A DNA stretch of 33,065 nt. Source: a virus. How positions within the stretch are numbered: position 1 is the stretch's first letter; every line of letters starts with the position of its first letter. The notes under the pieces were generated by a model that was not told where the DNA came from, ran no database searches, and saw only the letters and a program-made list of their open reading frames with translations. Shown here piece after piece: positions 1 through 9,883 of the stretch. The translations under genes and the position numbers were made by a program. The stretch lies in the IMG/VR virus record IMGVR_UViG_3300045988_166555; one strand, given 5' to 3'.

Positions 1-119
1 AAAGTTCACAACCTTTTGCAACTCCACATCTCCCATTTAAAAATTTATCAATAAAAATAGCAAACGCTTCTGATGTAAACGTTTGCAAATTAAATACGTG
101 TCCTTTTAACATTGTTTTC
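1..119. repeat. Terminal direct repeat, left copy (identical to 32947-33065)
   Basis: Exact identity read directly from the sequence. Either a circular-assembly overlap or a genuine direct terminal repeat. Confidence 0.9.
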
Positions 120-125
120 CTCCTT

Positions 126-1017
126 TTATACAGCTTTGTACTGTACATATATTGTTAATTTTCCACTTGTTATTTCCCCATCTGCTTCTAGTCTTATTGT
201 TGATACACCTTTTCTTAATTTAAAGAAATTTATAAAATTAGGGTTTAGAAAATCAAACAAATTTGTTCTTTCATTTTCACTTACTCTTACAATTTCTTGT
301 TCTGTATCTTTTGTGTTATAGATAAATGTTTCTCCTGTTGCAATTGTCAATCCTGTTAAGTCTAATTTCTTAACTTCAACATCATCTTCTAAAATTGTTA
401 TGATTGGACTTACAACTTCTCCATTTAGTTCCAATTTAAAAGGAGCATCTGCGTGCCCCTTATTATCAAATATAATATTTCTATTATCATAAGCAGTAAA
501 AATTGAATCCCATTGAAAGTTCCATCTTAATTCATTTTTTACAGAATCTATTGTATAAACTACTTCTTTTGCTTCATACCATAGAGATTTGCAGTTAAAT
601 GTTACAGGAACTCTTAGAACTCCATCTGTGCCGTATTTCGCTTTTGTCTACATTAGATATGTCTATGTCTTTAAAATACTCTGTAAATCCATTCTCGAAA
701 GGCACTTTGTAGACAAATTTTAAGAAATTTGCACTTTCAACAAAATCTATGAATTTTTTATAATTATCATACTTTTTAAAAATTAATTCTCCTCCAATTT
801 GTCCTTGTGTCAACTTTCTAATATTCTGTATAAAGTCATTTCCTATTTGTGCATACTGAATATCATAAGAATATCCAAGTCCACTTGGAGAACTTAAAAA
901 GCAACCTTCCTCCACATTCATCATAGAGAAACGTTGCCCTGTTTCATTTTCTATATAAAATTCTCTTACCACTTTTTCACCTCTTTTTGAGCATAATAAA
1001 AACACCTGCTTTTGCAA
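126..1017 (-). CDS. Siphovirus tail component (Dit/Sipho_tail-like), about 297 aa. Track ORFs 595..1017 and 126..434 plus the gap between them form one gene only if the frame shifts +1 at the in-frame CGG (minus-strand codon at 631-633)
   Basis: The 595..1017 frame ends in junk ('...KSEIRHRWSSKSSCNI*'). The +1 frame is open from just after the CGG ('...KSEI|GTDGVLRVPVTFNCKSLWYEAKEVVYTIDSVKNELRWNFQWDS...') and runs into ORF 126..434. Position is immediately after TMP. Confidence 0.55.
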
Positions 1018-1031
1018 GTGTTTTATTTTCT

Positions 1032-1355
1032 TTAATTTAGTTTATTATTTATACTGTCTAACAAATCAATTATATCAGAAAAAGCTTTTATAAATATAAA
1101 CGCTACTATTCCAGATACAATACAGATAAATCCGAGTAAAGTTTCTTCTTCTCCCCATAATGTAATTGCCGCAATTATGCATCCAATCAACTGAATAACA
1201 TTTATTACTTTTAATCCTGTTGTTTTACCAGATTCAAACCCAGCTTCATTTTTTTCACTTTTCTCATTTTCTTCATATTTCTCCAAATTTGTTTCACAAT
1301 ATGGACATTTTTCAGCTACCCTACTAATTTCTGCATCACACTTTGGACATTTCAT
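1032..1355 (-). CDS. Zinc-ribbon (CPKC...CPYC) protein with two C-terminal TM helices. Start at MKCPKC, with RBS AAGGAGTG
   Basis: CxxC-x13-CxxC motif followed by hydrophobic segments. The RBS lies 7 nt upstream of the ATG at 1355. Confidence 0.45.
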   Translation of the reverse strand: MKCPKCDAEISRVAEKCPYCETNLEKYEENEKSEKNEAGFESGKTTGLKVINVIQLIGCIIAAITLWGEEETLLGFICIVSGIVAFIFIKAFSDIIDLLDSINNKLN

Positions 1356-1374
1356 AAAATCACTCCTTTGTAAC

Positions 1375-1403
1375 ATTTTACATTATATTACAAAATATTG
1401 CAA
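1375..1403 (-). promoter_or_regulatory. Sigma-70-like promoter on the minus strand (TTGCAA-17 nt-TAAAAT) upstream of the zinc-ribbon gene. Tandem TGTCGAAAAA repeats lie immediately upstream at 1415-1438
   Basis: The -35 TTGCAA is at 1398-1403 and the -10 (revcomp TAAAAT) at 1375-1380, with a 17-nt spacer. The tandem 11-mer is 'tttttcgacatttttcgacat' on the plus strand. Confidence 0.4.
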
Positions 1404-1429
1404 GAAGTTTTTTTCGACATTTTTCGACA

Positions 1430-4223
1430 TCAATATTTACTTCCTAATCTACGATTTACAGTATCAATAATTGTATTTATCTTAGCTGGTGTTAATTCAT
1501 CTTGAGCATATATGTTTAAAGTAGGTGTTGTGAATATAGTTTTAGTTTGGTCTATTATAGATTGTTTAAATGCTTTCATATTAGGTGTTATATTAGAAAA
1601 GTTAGTTTTCATTTTGTTTGTTATATCATCTACTTGTTTGTTTAAATTTTTTTGTTCATCTGAAAGTCCTAATTCAGCACCCTTTATCACATTTTGAAAA
1701 ATATCCCTAGTTTTTTTCGAAGGAGAATGTATATCAAAAGATTTTCTTAATCTACTTAATATGCCATCTGCAATATTAGAAGCTTTTGCCCATAATGATG
1801 GCTCTTTATCTTTCATGCCTTCTAACATACCATTCATTGCTTCATTCATTGTTTTTTTTGTTTCTTCTGGCATAAATTCATAACTATTCAATATTGTTTC
1901 AATTGTTTTTTTCGTTTCTTCGTCTAATTTTGTTCCATAAAGTTCAGCGTTTGTAACTTGAGCTATCCAGGATCCAACTTGCTCCGCTTCCCAGTTAGAC
2001 ATATTTTCATAAGCCTTATCATATATTTTTTTCATCTTCGAATTATAGATGTCTTCTTCTATTAAGGCTCTTTCTTTATAATCTTTTGAATTTTTTCCAA
2101 ATGTTTTTTCATAATACTGCATTATTTCAAAATGATTTTTTCTTAAATTTTCAGTTTCAGCATCAATACTTTTTATTCTTTCTGCAAAATTTTTAGTGTC
2201 TTCACTTCTTTGAAAATATCCATTCGCGTATGCTTTTGTAATTTCTGCAACTTCTGCATTTACAGCATCTATCTTTTGTTGTTTCTGCATCATTAAATTA
2301 TTGTATTCAGTAGCATATACCTCATTTTGCATATTGGCTTGTTCGCCATATTTCTGATTTAGCAAAGCAACTTCTTCAATTGAAGATTGTTCAATCAGTT
2401 GTTTCGTTTTGTCTGCCTGTTGTTGTGCTGTTGAAATCCATTCTTGTGATTGTACTTTATATTCTTCTAAACTTCCTTGAAAAGTCTCTGCATTCGTTAC
2501 TGCTTGCTGGGTTATTGCACCTGCTATTTGATTTTGTATTTCTATTTCTCTGTTTTTTAATTCTCTTAATTTAGTGAAATATTCATCTAATTGTGTAATT
2601 TCTTCTTGAGTATAGTCTCTACGCTCATCAGATGCAGTTTTGCAAATTTCTGTTATTCCTTTTTGAACTTCGTCCATTTGATTTTTTAGATTTTCTTGCT
2701 CTTCAGCACTTGCAAACAATGTTGTATTGAAATTCTCTAAATATCCTTCTGCACTTTGAAGTCCCGTATAAAAATCCGATGCTGCCTGTCCCATAGTAGA
2801 AAATTTTTCTCTTGTTTCTTTTTCTGCTTTTTTTATTTCTGTTATGATTATTGCTACTGCAGTTGTAATTCCTACTGCTGCAATTCCTGCTGGGCTTGTT
2901 AATCCTTGAAATACTTTAGCTAAATTTGCTGCTGCACCTGTTGCATCTCCTATTCCATTCTTAGCGAGTCCTATAGCTTTTGTTACTGTTCCAATTCCTT
3001 TAACAACCTTTCCTGTTCCAGTTGTTATTGTTCCAATTATTTTTAATAGTGGTCCTGCAGCTGCTACCATTAAACCTATTTTTACTATGTTTTCTTTTTG
3101 AGAATCTGATAAATTATCAAATCTTTTAATCCATTCTTCAACTTGAGCAATAGTCTTTTTAGCAGTAGGCATTAAACTTTTTGTAAGTTCTCCCGCCATA
3201 TCTTTAACTTGAGCTTTAAGCTGTTTTGTTTGTCCTGCAAGTGTCTCACTTGATTTATTCATTGCATTATAATATTTTCCGCCTTGAGAACTTGCTTTTT
3301 GTAATGCTCCACTTAAATCTTCATAAGATATTTCCATGTCTTTAATTTCTTGAGTTGTTTTACCTAAGTAATCTGCTAACAATCCATAAACATCAATTCC
3401 TGCATAGGCAAATTGTCTTATATCCATTGCCGTTGCTTTTCCAGCATTTTTAATTTGTTGTAGATTTGAAGCCATACGTGTTAGTTCGTCATTTCCTCCA
3501 CCTGTTGCCGTTACTGCATCTCCTAAAGCTAATATGGTTTTTTGTGAAGCTTCTGCATTTTCTCCTGTTGATATTAACATTTGATTTGCTTTTACCAAAG
3601 ATGTTACATCAAAAGGAGTTTTAGTAGCATCTTTTTTTATCTGATTAATAACCTTCTCTGCTTCTTTTGAATCTCCTAGAAAAGTTGAATATGCTGTAGT
3701 AAGTTTTTCTAATTCTGCATTATAACTTATTCCTGCTCCAACTGCCGCTGCAATAGGAAGAGTAAGCCTTGTAGTTAATTTGTTTCCCAAACTATTAATC
3801 TTTTCACTTACAGCATTTATTTTATTTCCAAATTCTTCTACCTTTTGACCCATTTTATAAAATGCGTCATTTGATAATTCTAATTGTTTTAATTTAGATT
3901 CGGTATTAATTATTTCTCTTTGTAAGGCACGATAATTTTCTTCATTTATCTTTGTGCCTTCAGCCATTTTTTTGTCTGCTTCTTCTTTAATACTTCTTAA
4001 CTGCTGTAATTTTTCTTCTGTAGTTTTAATTGACTGATTTAATACATCTTGTTTTTGTTTTAATAATTCAGTATTTTTAGGGTCTAATTTCAGCAAAGAA
4101 TTAACTCCGCCTTAGTTCTCTGCTCAAACTAGATGTAGCAGAATTAACTTTACTTAATGCCTTTTGCAACCTTGATGTATCTCCGCCGATTTCTACTATA
4201 ATTCCTTTAATTGAACCACTCAT
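1430..4223 (-). CDS. Tail tape measure protein. The true N-terminus (MSGSIKGIIVEIGGDTSRLQKALSKVNSATSSLSRELR) lies upstream of track ORF 1430..4096. It joins the main frame by a +1 shift at the in-frame CGG (plus-strand 4107-4109)
   Basis: A canonical TMP N-terminal motif (KGIxVEIGGDTS...L...KLDPKNTELLKQKQ) is split between two frames. The upstream frame reads '...SRELRRS*'; skipping the C gives '...SRELR|GVNSLLKLDPKNTELL'. An RBS GGAGG precedes the ATG at 4223. Confidence 0.8.
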
Positions 4224-4261
4224 CTATGTACCTCCATTAAAATAAGAGGGATTTAACCCTC

Positions 4262-4500
4262 TTATCCTAATAACTTGTCTATATCTCTTTGTGTAGCTTC
4301 CCTTTGACTTGGTTTGTTGTCTTGTATAAATGTAAGAAGTATTTTCATTACATCTACATAGGTAAGCTCTTTTAAATCTGAGATGTGCAACCCTATTCTT
4401 AAACATGAACCTAAAAATTCATGTTCTGGAAATACTTCCTTAGAGTTGCCACCTCCTTTTATTTTTTCTAGTTCCTTTGATAATTCTTCATCAACAAAAG
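4262..4500 (-). CDS. GT-type C-terminal extension of the tail assembly chaperone. It is reached by a frameshift near the end of G, and the open frame is +1 relative to G
   Basis: A clean 78-codon ORF ('...FVDEELSKELEKIKGGGNSKEVFPEHEFLGSCLRIGLHISDLKELTYVDVMKILLTFIQDNKPSQREATQRDIDKLLG*') opens 3 codons before the G stop. The candidate slip site is C-TTT-TGT-TGA (UUU-U repositioning before a stop). It fills the space before TMP. Confidence 0.4.
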
Positions 4501-4874
4501 CAATCTACGGCAAATTCCGCTACCTCTGCAATCCAGTCATCATCAACTTTAAAATTAATGTGTGACAACCAAGTTTCATAATCTTCAATTTTATTATCAG
4601 CTGTATATATTAATATCCAAGCTAATTGAGTAATTTTTGTTATAAACTCATCTGTATCATCTATCATATATTCTGATACTTTGATTAGTTTCTCTGCTTC
4701 ACTCATTTTCTTATCTTCTAATTGATTTGATACTACCACTTGCTTAATTAGATAGTTTTGAATAAATTGCATATCTTTTAATATCCCTGTTTTAAATATG
4801 GATTTATACTTAACGTAAGTAAGTGCGTTGCAATCAATATCATATTTTTTGCCACAAATTGTTATTGTCTTCAT
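4491..4874 (-). CDS. Tail assembly chaperone (G-like), between the major tail protein and TMP
   Basis: Conserved position, size 127 aa, acidic. Confidence 0.55.
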   Translation of the reverse strand: MKTITICGKKYDIDCNALTYVKYKSIFKTGILKDMQFIQNYLIKQVVVSNQLEDKKMSEAEKLIKVSEYMIDDTDEFITKITQLAWILIYTADNKIEDYETWLSHINFKVDDDWIAEVAEFAVDCFC

Positions 4875-4884
4875 AAATTACCTC

Positions 4885-5460
4885 CTAAACTCCTTTTGTT
4901 GCATTCTTTTCATATACTTTTGTGAAGAAAGTATCATATACTGATTGATTTTCTTCTGTTGGTTCTATAACAGCTTTTATTGCTTTGTCTGTAGAACGTG
5001 GAGACATTGTTATAGATATCGTATCTGTTTGTGGCTCTTTTGATTCTTCTACAGTATTCATTTCAGCCCCTGGTCTAGTTGCTGTGCAATCAAAGTAAAC
5101 AAATCTTCTTTTCTTAACATCTCCTTCTATTTCTCCCATTAATGCAAATCTCGCATTAATATCATCTGCACTTTCAAATAAAGCACCGTTAGAATCTGCA
5201 ACTTGTCCTAATATTTGAATTAAAAACTCATCAGGAGTCATTGCTATTTCAAGGTCTCCTGTATAACCTTGATTTGATGTTGCTATATAATATTTTATAT
5301 TATCAGCATAAAATGGAGTGGTTTCTCCTTCTGGGTCTACACTTAAAGATACAGCACCAGGCATTGCAAAAGGTGTTCCATATGTTATTGCACCTTCAGC
5401 TTCAGTTATTTTAGCAATATGTACATTGCTTAATCCAAATTTTACTTTGTTTTCGGTCAT
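4885..5460 (-). CDS. Major tail protein (TP901-1/phi13-like)
   Basis: Conserved position between the head-tail joining genes and the chaperone G/GT. Sequence character '...VKFGLSNVHIAKITE...GAITYGTPFAMPGAVSLSVDPEGE'. Confidence 0.65.
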   Translation of the reverse strand: MTENKVKFGLSNVHIAKITEAEGAITYGTPFAMPGAVSLSVDPEGETTPFYADNIKYYIATSNQGYTGDLEIAMTPDEFLIQILGQVADSNGALFESADDINARFALMGEIEGDVKKRRFVYFDCTATRPGAEMNTVEESKEPQTDTISITMSPRSTDKAIKAVIEPTEENQSVYDTFFTKVYEKNATKGV

Positions 5461-5474
5461 TTACTTTTCCTCCT

Positions 5475-5786
5475 TTAAATTTCAAAAAAATAACTCACTT
5501 GCCAGACTTCTTCATCTGTCAAGTAAGTTTCTTCTGTTTTATTCCAAGCGATATCGCCTAAAATTTCATCTTCTATTTTTTTTTGCATTATTAAATCTTT
5601 CTTTAGGTATGTATAATCTAGTTGAATTGGTATATCTTTGGAATATACTTTATTGTCTGCCATAAAATTATCAGTTCCAGTTGCTATTGCTACTAAATGA
5701 GGAGGCTCTGTCGCTTTCTTAAACTGCCCATAAGCATATTTAAAGCCTGCATTAGTACATCTAGTTTTTAATTCTTTTAGTGTCAT
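5475..5786 (-). CDS. Tail completion / tail terminator-like protein (position-based)
   Basis: 103 aa, between the HK97 gp10-like gene and the major tail gene. Confidence 0.35.
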   Translation of the reverse strand: MTLKELKTRCTNAGFKYAYGQFKKATEPPHLVAIATGTDNFMADNKVYSKDIPIQLDYTYLKKDLIMQKKIEDEILGDIAWNKTEETYLTDEEVWQVSYFFEI

Positions 5787-6172
5787 TTTGAGTTCCTCCT
5801 TATCTTATCTTTTAATTGTTTTTCAAACTTGTTTTTATACTTTTCTTCTACAGGTCGAATATGAGGAATTGCTTTAGTTCTTCCACCATTTTTAGTAGCA
5901 TGTCCAAATTCAAGTAAATGCGTTAGTTGATAATCTGTCCTATTCCACACTTTTACTGTATAATAGTTCTTATTCTTTTTATCTTTTCTAACAGTCCACC
6001 CTTTAGCATATTTCCCCGTCTTTTTGGGAGATGTCTGTTTTAATTCATCTCTTGCTTCTTTCCCTATTTGATTTGATGTTTCTTCAACTGTTTCCCCTAT
6101 ATCTTCAACATATATTTCCAAGTATTCTTTGACAGCCTGTGCAAACATTTCTGGCTTAATAGTTTTTGACAT
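5783..6172 (-). CDS. HK97 gp10-family head-tail joining protein
   Basis: '...TVRKDKKNKNYYTVKVWNRTDYQLTHLLEFGHATKNGGRTKAIPHIRP' resembles the HK97_gp10 family. Position fits. Confidence 0.5.
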   Translation of the reverse strand: MSKTIKPEMFAQAVKEYLEIYVEDIGETVEETSNQIGKEARDELKQTSPKKTGKYAKGWTVRKDKKNKNYYTVKVWNRTDYQLTHLLEFGHATKNGGRTKAIPHIRPVEEKYKNKFEKQLKDKIRRNSK

Positions 6173-6476
6173 TTTTTATTTTCCTTTCGCAAATCAATAC
6201 AAGTTCATCTGCTGCTACTTCTTGAGTTCTTATTATTGAATAAGTCTTATCCATATAAATCAATTCTTCTTCATCTTTATAATTCAAAGCACTTATTCTA
6301 AGTCTCAAAGAAGGCTTATATCCTTGTTGATTTGCTTCGTAATATTCTTTAGAATACACATCTTCAACTTTGATTATTGGTATTAATCTTTCTTTTAGAA
6401 CTTCTTCTTCTTGACCTATATCGTCTTGTTCAATTGTAGTAGATAATAACTTGCAACATATATCACGCATTATCAT
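6156..6476 (-). CDS. Head closure / head-tail adaptor protein
   Basis: Position and size (106 aa) within the connector gene block. Confidence 0.4.
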   Translation of the reverse strand: MIMRDICCKLLSTTIEQDDIGQEEEVLKERLIPIIKVEDVYSKEYYEANQQGYKPSLRLRISALNYKDEEELIYMDKTYSIIRTQEVAADELVLICERKIKNVKNY

Positions 6477-6756
6477 CCACCACCTTATAATCTTCGCTTA
6501 ATCCTAGATTATGACATAGAAGATTGTATGTTTTTTGAGACAGCTCTTTTTCTTTTAAATCTACATTTCCAAAGTTAGCTTTTACATACATTACTATTGC
6601 AGATTTAATAAGAAGATTATCTAATTCAGAGTTTATGCCCTGTCTTTTCAAATCCTCTTTTCCTGCATTTATCCACATTTGAATTTCTTCATCTTTTAAT
6701 GTTGATGTATTTACTATGCTTAAACTTTGTTTAGCCAATATCATTAAATCATTCAT
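6463..6756 (-). CDS. gp6-like head-tail connector protein
   Basis: 97 aa, immediately downstream of the major capsid gene. Resembles Phage_connect_1-like sequence. Confidence 0.5.
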   Translation of the reverse strand: MNDLMILAKQSLSIVNTSTLKDEEIQMWINAGKEDLKRQGINSELDNLLIKSAIVMYVKANFGNVDLKEKELSQKTYNLLCHNLGLSEDYKVVDDNA

Positions 6757-6776
6757 ACAATCTTCCCCCCGTTTAA

Positions 6777-7991
6777 TTAAACACCTGCTTTTGATGGTGT
6801 GTATTGTCCATAAGCAAATGAATTTGGTTTTGCTTTTCCATCATATATTGAATATCCTCCATAAGTTGTTTTTCTTCCTTTAACTGTTTTTTCTCTGTCA
6901 ATTCTTAATGGAGTATTCTCATTTAAAATATATTTTTTACAGTTGCCAACAACTATATCTTCATCTTTTAAATATGGATCTACTTCTACAGAAACTAATT
7001 TATTTGTTGCAAGTCCTTGTAGGAATGGATAATTACCATTCTTATCTTTATATCCAACAATATCTATATTAACGTTTGTTGATATATATCCTTTTGCTCC
7101 TCTTCTTGCTTTTTGGTTTAATGATTTATAAGTATTTATTAAACAATCTATTGGTGTTGCTCCCTCTTTTACAGGTGTTAATCCATGAGTAATTCCTGTT
7201 GGTTTTCCAGAACCGTCTCCGTAAATAACAGCATCAATTAAAGCTTCACCCATTTTTTCTGTTAATTCATCTAATATAAATTCAATAAAGCTTTCTACTG
7301 CCATTTCTTCTAATTTCCATGTAATTACTACATCTTTAGCAAGTTCCCAACCTGTTAATTGAATTGATTTAAATTCTATTCCCTCATTTTCTGTATCAGT
7401 TAATTCTGCATACCATTTTGCATTATCTGCTGAATCTACATAAGGTAAATCTATAATTCCATTAACTTGTAGTTTTCTAACATCTCTATATATTGGAGAC
7501 ATTTCAGACAATCTTTCCATAAATTCTTCCCTTACAGATGTTGGTATGAATAGACCACCATTGTTTATCCCTTGTGTGTTTGCAGTACTTGCAACAAATT
7601 CTGTTGCTGTTGTTGTTACAGCATCTCCTAATGCTCTTTTCTCATCTTCTGTAAATTTTTCTTCTGCATACCCCATTACTTTTTTAGCCCAAGCACTTCT
7701 ATATTCTTTTGAGCTTAAGTCAAATTTTCTTTCTTCTTTTTCCATTTCATTTCCTCCTATTTTTTTTAGTTTTGAAACATCTTTGTTTCTTTTTTCTAAT
7801 TCTTGAGTGTCAGCTATAAGCTTTCTCTCTTCTTCTGGTGTTATTTCTCCAGATTCTTCTTTTTTTTCCTTAACCTCTTCTGTACCTTCTTCAGGTTCTT
7901 CTTTATCTTCTTCAATTTCTTTCATTCTTGCTTCAAGTTCTTCTTCAGTTGTCGCAGATTTGATTAATTCTTGTTTTTCTTCTAAAGTCAT
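6777..7991 (-). CDS. Major capsid protein, HK97 family, with an N-terminal Glu/Lys-rich scaffold (delta) domain
   Basis: 404 aa. The N-terminal 100 aa are E/K-rich and coiled-coil-like, followed by an HK97-fold-like core. RBS AAAAGGAGGAAG. Position after the prohead protease. Confidence 0.8.
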   Translation of the reverse strand: MTLEEKQELIKSATTEEELEARMKEIEEDKEEPEEGTEEVKEKKEESGEITPEEERKLIADTQELEKRNKDVSKLKKIGGNEMEKEERKFDLSSKEYRSAWAKKVMGYAEEKFTEDEKRALGDAVTTTATEFVASTANTQGINNGGLFIPTSVREEFMERLSEMSPIYRDVRKLQVNGIIDLPYVDSADNAKWYAELTDTENEGIEFKSIQLTGWELAKDVVITWKLEEMAVESFIEFILDELTEKMGEALIDAVIYGDGSGKPTGITHGLTPVKEGATPIDCLINTYKSLNQKARRGAKGYISTNVNIDIVGYKDKNGNYPFLQGLATNKLVSVEVDPYLKDEDIVVGNCKKYILNENTPLRIDREKTVKGRKTTYGGYSIYDGKAKPNSFAYGQYTPSKAGV

Positions 7992-8016
7992 TTAAACTTC
8001 CTCCTTTTAATTTTTT

Positions 8017-8090
8017 AGCAGTTCTACCACCGCTTCTATAAAACTCTATTAGGCTCTACCGCACTAAAAAAAAGCAGTTCTACCACCGCT
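8017..8090. repeat. Two exact 18-bp direct repeats AGCAGTTCTACCACCGCT (8017-8034 and 8073-8090), plus a partial third copy, in the protease-capsid intergenic region
   Basis: Read directly. GC-rich relative to the 27% GC genome. Confidence 0.7.
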
Positions 8091-8102
8091 CCTCTTTCGA
8101 GA

Positions 8103-8687
8103 TTATAAACTTAATAATGCTAATGCTTTTTTCTTTTCTAACTCTAACTTCCTATGCTGTTCTTTTTGTTTCTCATATTTGCGTTTTTCTTCTTCAAATT
8201 GTTCTTTATTTCTTGCATATATTTCTGTGCTATCATAGGCTGGAACATCAACTACTGAAACATCATACAATTTGTCAATTTCTAATATTCTTCTTGTATC
8301 AGTTTCATAATCCCATTCTTCTTTGCTTACAGTAAATGCATAAGACATTTTGTCTAATGTCCCATTTTGAATTAAAGTATATATATCTTTATTAGCTTGA
8401 GTTGGTGCTAATTTTGCTCTTATCTTTAATCCTTTATCATCTACTATTAATTCTAATGACTTGTTTCTAGTTCTTGCCATAATAGGATATGTATCTAAAT
8501 GATTGTATTTCATACATACATCTTGCATATTGCAATTTTCAAATGCTCTTTTATCAATTATTTCTTTAAAATATCCCAAATTTGTCATACTCTCAAAAAC
8601 AACTGCATATCCCTCAACAATCATTTCATCGTTTCCTTCTAATGCTCTTAGTTCAGTTAATCTTCTTTCTTTAATTGCTTTTTCCAT
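8103..8687 (-). CDS. Prohead protease, HK97 family. Probable start is the second ATG (MEKAIKE) behind the RBS AAGGAGG
   Basis: '...MIVEGYAVVFESMTNLGYFKEII...' is typical of the S78/HK97 prohead protease N-terminus. Located between the portal and capsid genes. Confidence 0.7.
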   Translation of the reverse strand: MEKAIKERRLTELRALEGNDEMIVEGYAVVFESMTNLGYFKEIIDKRAFENCNMQDVCMKYNHLDTYPIMARTRNKSLELIVDDKGLKIRAKLAPTQANKDIYTLIQNGTLDKMSYAFTVSKEEWDYETDTRRILEIDKLYDVSVVDVPAYDSTEIYARNKEQFEEEKRKYEKQKEQHRKLELEKKKALALLSL

Positions 8688-9882
8688 CTTTATTTCCTCC
8701 TTGATAATCATTTGCTATTGAACTATCTATATTGTTTAAACTTTGTATTATTTTTGCTCCTTCTTCTCCACCTAGTGGATGTAAGTCTATTATTTCTCTT
8801 GCTTCATCTTTTGTAAGTAATCCTAAAGCTCCAGCTTCTTTTAATAAGCTAATCTTATTAGCCAAAGTTGCATATTGTAATCTGTTAGCTGTAAAAACAA
8901 TTTTGTGTCCGTCTTTTATAGCTTTATAACTAAATATTTTATTCGTAAAGGCATCGCTCATTTGAATTGCTCTTGGCTCAATTATTCCTTCATAAAATGC
9001 ATTCCACTCATCTGGATTATAACTATTATTAACAATTTTTTCTGATATTCCAAAATAATCAAATATATTATTATTTACTTGTTTTAATTGTTCTCTATCT
9101 AGAGTAATTGGTTTTAAATTAACTGCTTCAAATTCTGCTTTGCTGTCAACTGCTGCAATACCACTTTCATTCTCTAAATTCAAAAAGTCTTTTACGAATG
9201 CTTCTTTGCTTGCTTTTATATCTTTTTCTTTAAGCATTGAATTTGTATATTTTAAAATACCTTTTAAGTTATTAGAAGTTTTTATGGCATTTTTGATTCC
9301 TTCTGAAGCAGTATGTGCTGTATCAATATCTGTTTTTAATACTTTGTTGTTTGTTCCAAAAATGTCATGCTTGTTATAAAACAATCTTAAATGTATTAAT
9401 TCTAAATAAGGCAATGTATATTCTTTGCCGTTTACAAACCTAAATTTTAAATAAATAGTTCCTTTTGTATCTTGCAATAAGTCGTAATTTAGCGCTAGTA
9501 CTGGATAGAATCCTGTTATCATGCCTTCTTTATCTTTTGCTATAAATACAAAAGCATTAGAATCTGTATATAACATTGATATTGTTTTATATATAAAATC
9601 AAACTTTGACATTATTAAATTGGGTTGATTTTGCAATAAGAAATTTATATCGCCTTTTATATTGTTACTTATACTGTCTTTTATATGTTTTGGTATTAAC
9701 TTTGCACAATGTGTCGCAATTCTATCAATACATTGTCTTGCGACTTTACTATCATAAGTATTGTTGCTTAATGTAGTAAATTGTGCATTGTAACTGTTAA
9801 GCATTTGTAGTTGTGTTTTTGTTACTTCTGTTTGCTTTTTATTTCCAAATATAGTACTAAACAAACTTCTTTTTTCCTTCAT
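8671..9882 (-). CDS. Portal protein
   Basis: 403 aa, directly downstream of terL. Portal-like length and character. Confidence 0.75.
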   Translation of the reverse strand: MKEKRSLFSTIFGNKKQTEVTKTQLQMLNSYNAQFTTLSNNTYDSKVARQCIDRIATHCAKLIPKHIKDSISNNIKGDINFLLQNQPNLIMSKFDFIYKTISMLYTDSNAFVFIAKDKEGMITGFYPVLALNYDLLQDTKGTIYLKFRFVNGKEYTLPYLELIHLRLFYNKHDIFGTNNKVLKTDIDTAHTASEGIKNAIKTSNNLKGILKYTNSMLKEKDIKASKEAFVKDFLNLENESGIAAVDSKAEFEAVNLKPITLDREQLKQVNNNIFDYFGISEKIVNNSYNPDEWNAFYEGIIEPRAIQMSDAFTNKIFSYKAIKDGHKIVFTANRLQYATLANKISLLKEAGALGLLTKDEAREIIDLHPLGGEEGAKIIQSLNNIDSSIANDYQGGNKDGKSN

Positions 9883-9883
9883 T

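Noticed and set aside
112-321. Plus-strand track ORFs antisense to the structural and replication genes. Examples are 112..321, 1512..1697, 2380..2574, 5318..5665, 7546..7995, 8117..8721, 9140..9379, 10332..10703, 14439..15072, 20571..21113 and 21896..22134
   Set aside because: Low-complexity or hydrophobic translations of the reverse strand of clearly coding genes. They lack RBS support. The AT-rich genome gives long spurious ORFs
4224-4406. Minus-strand track ORF 4224..4406 (MFKNRVAHLRF...)
   Set aside because: Wrong frame of the region better explained by the GT chaperone extension (4262..4500)
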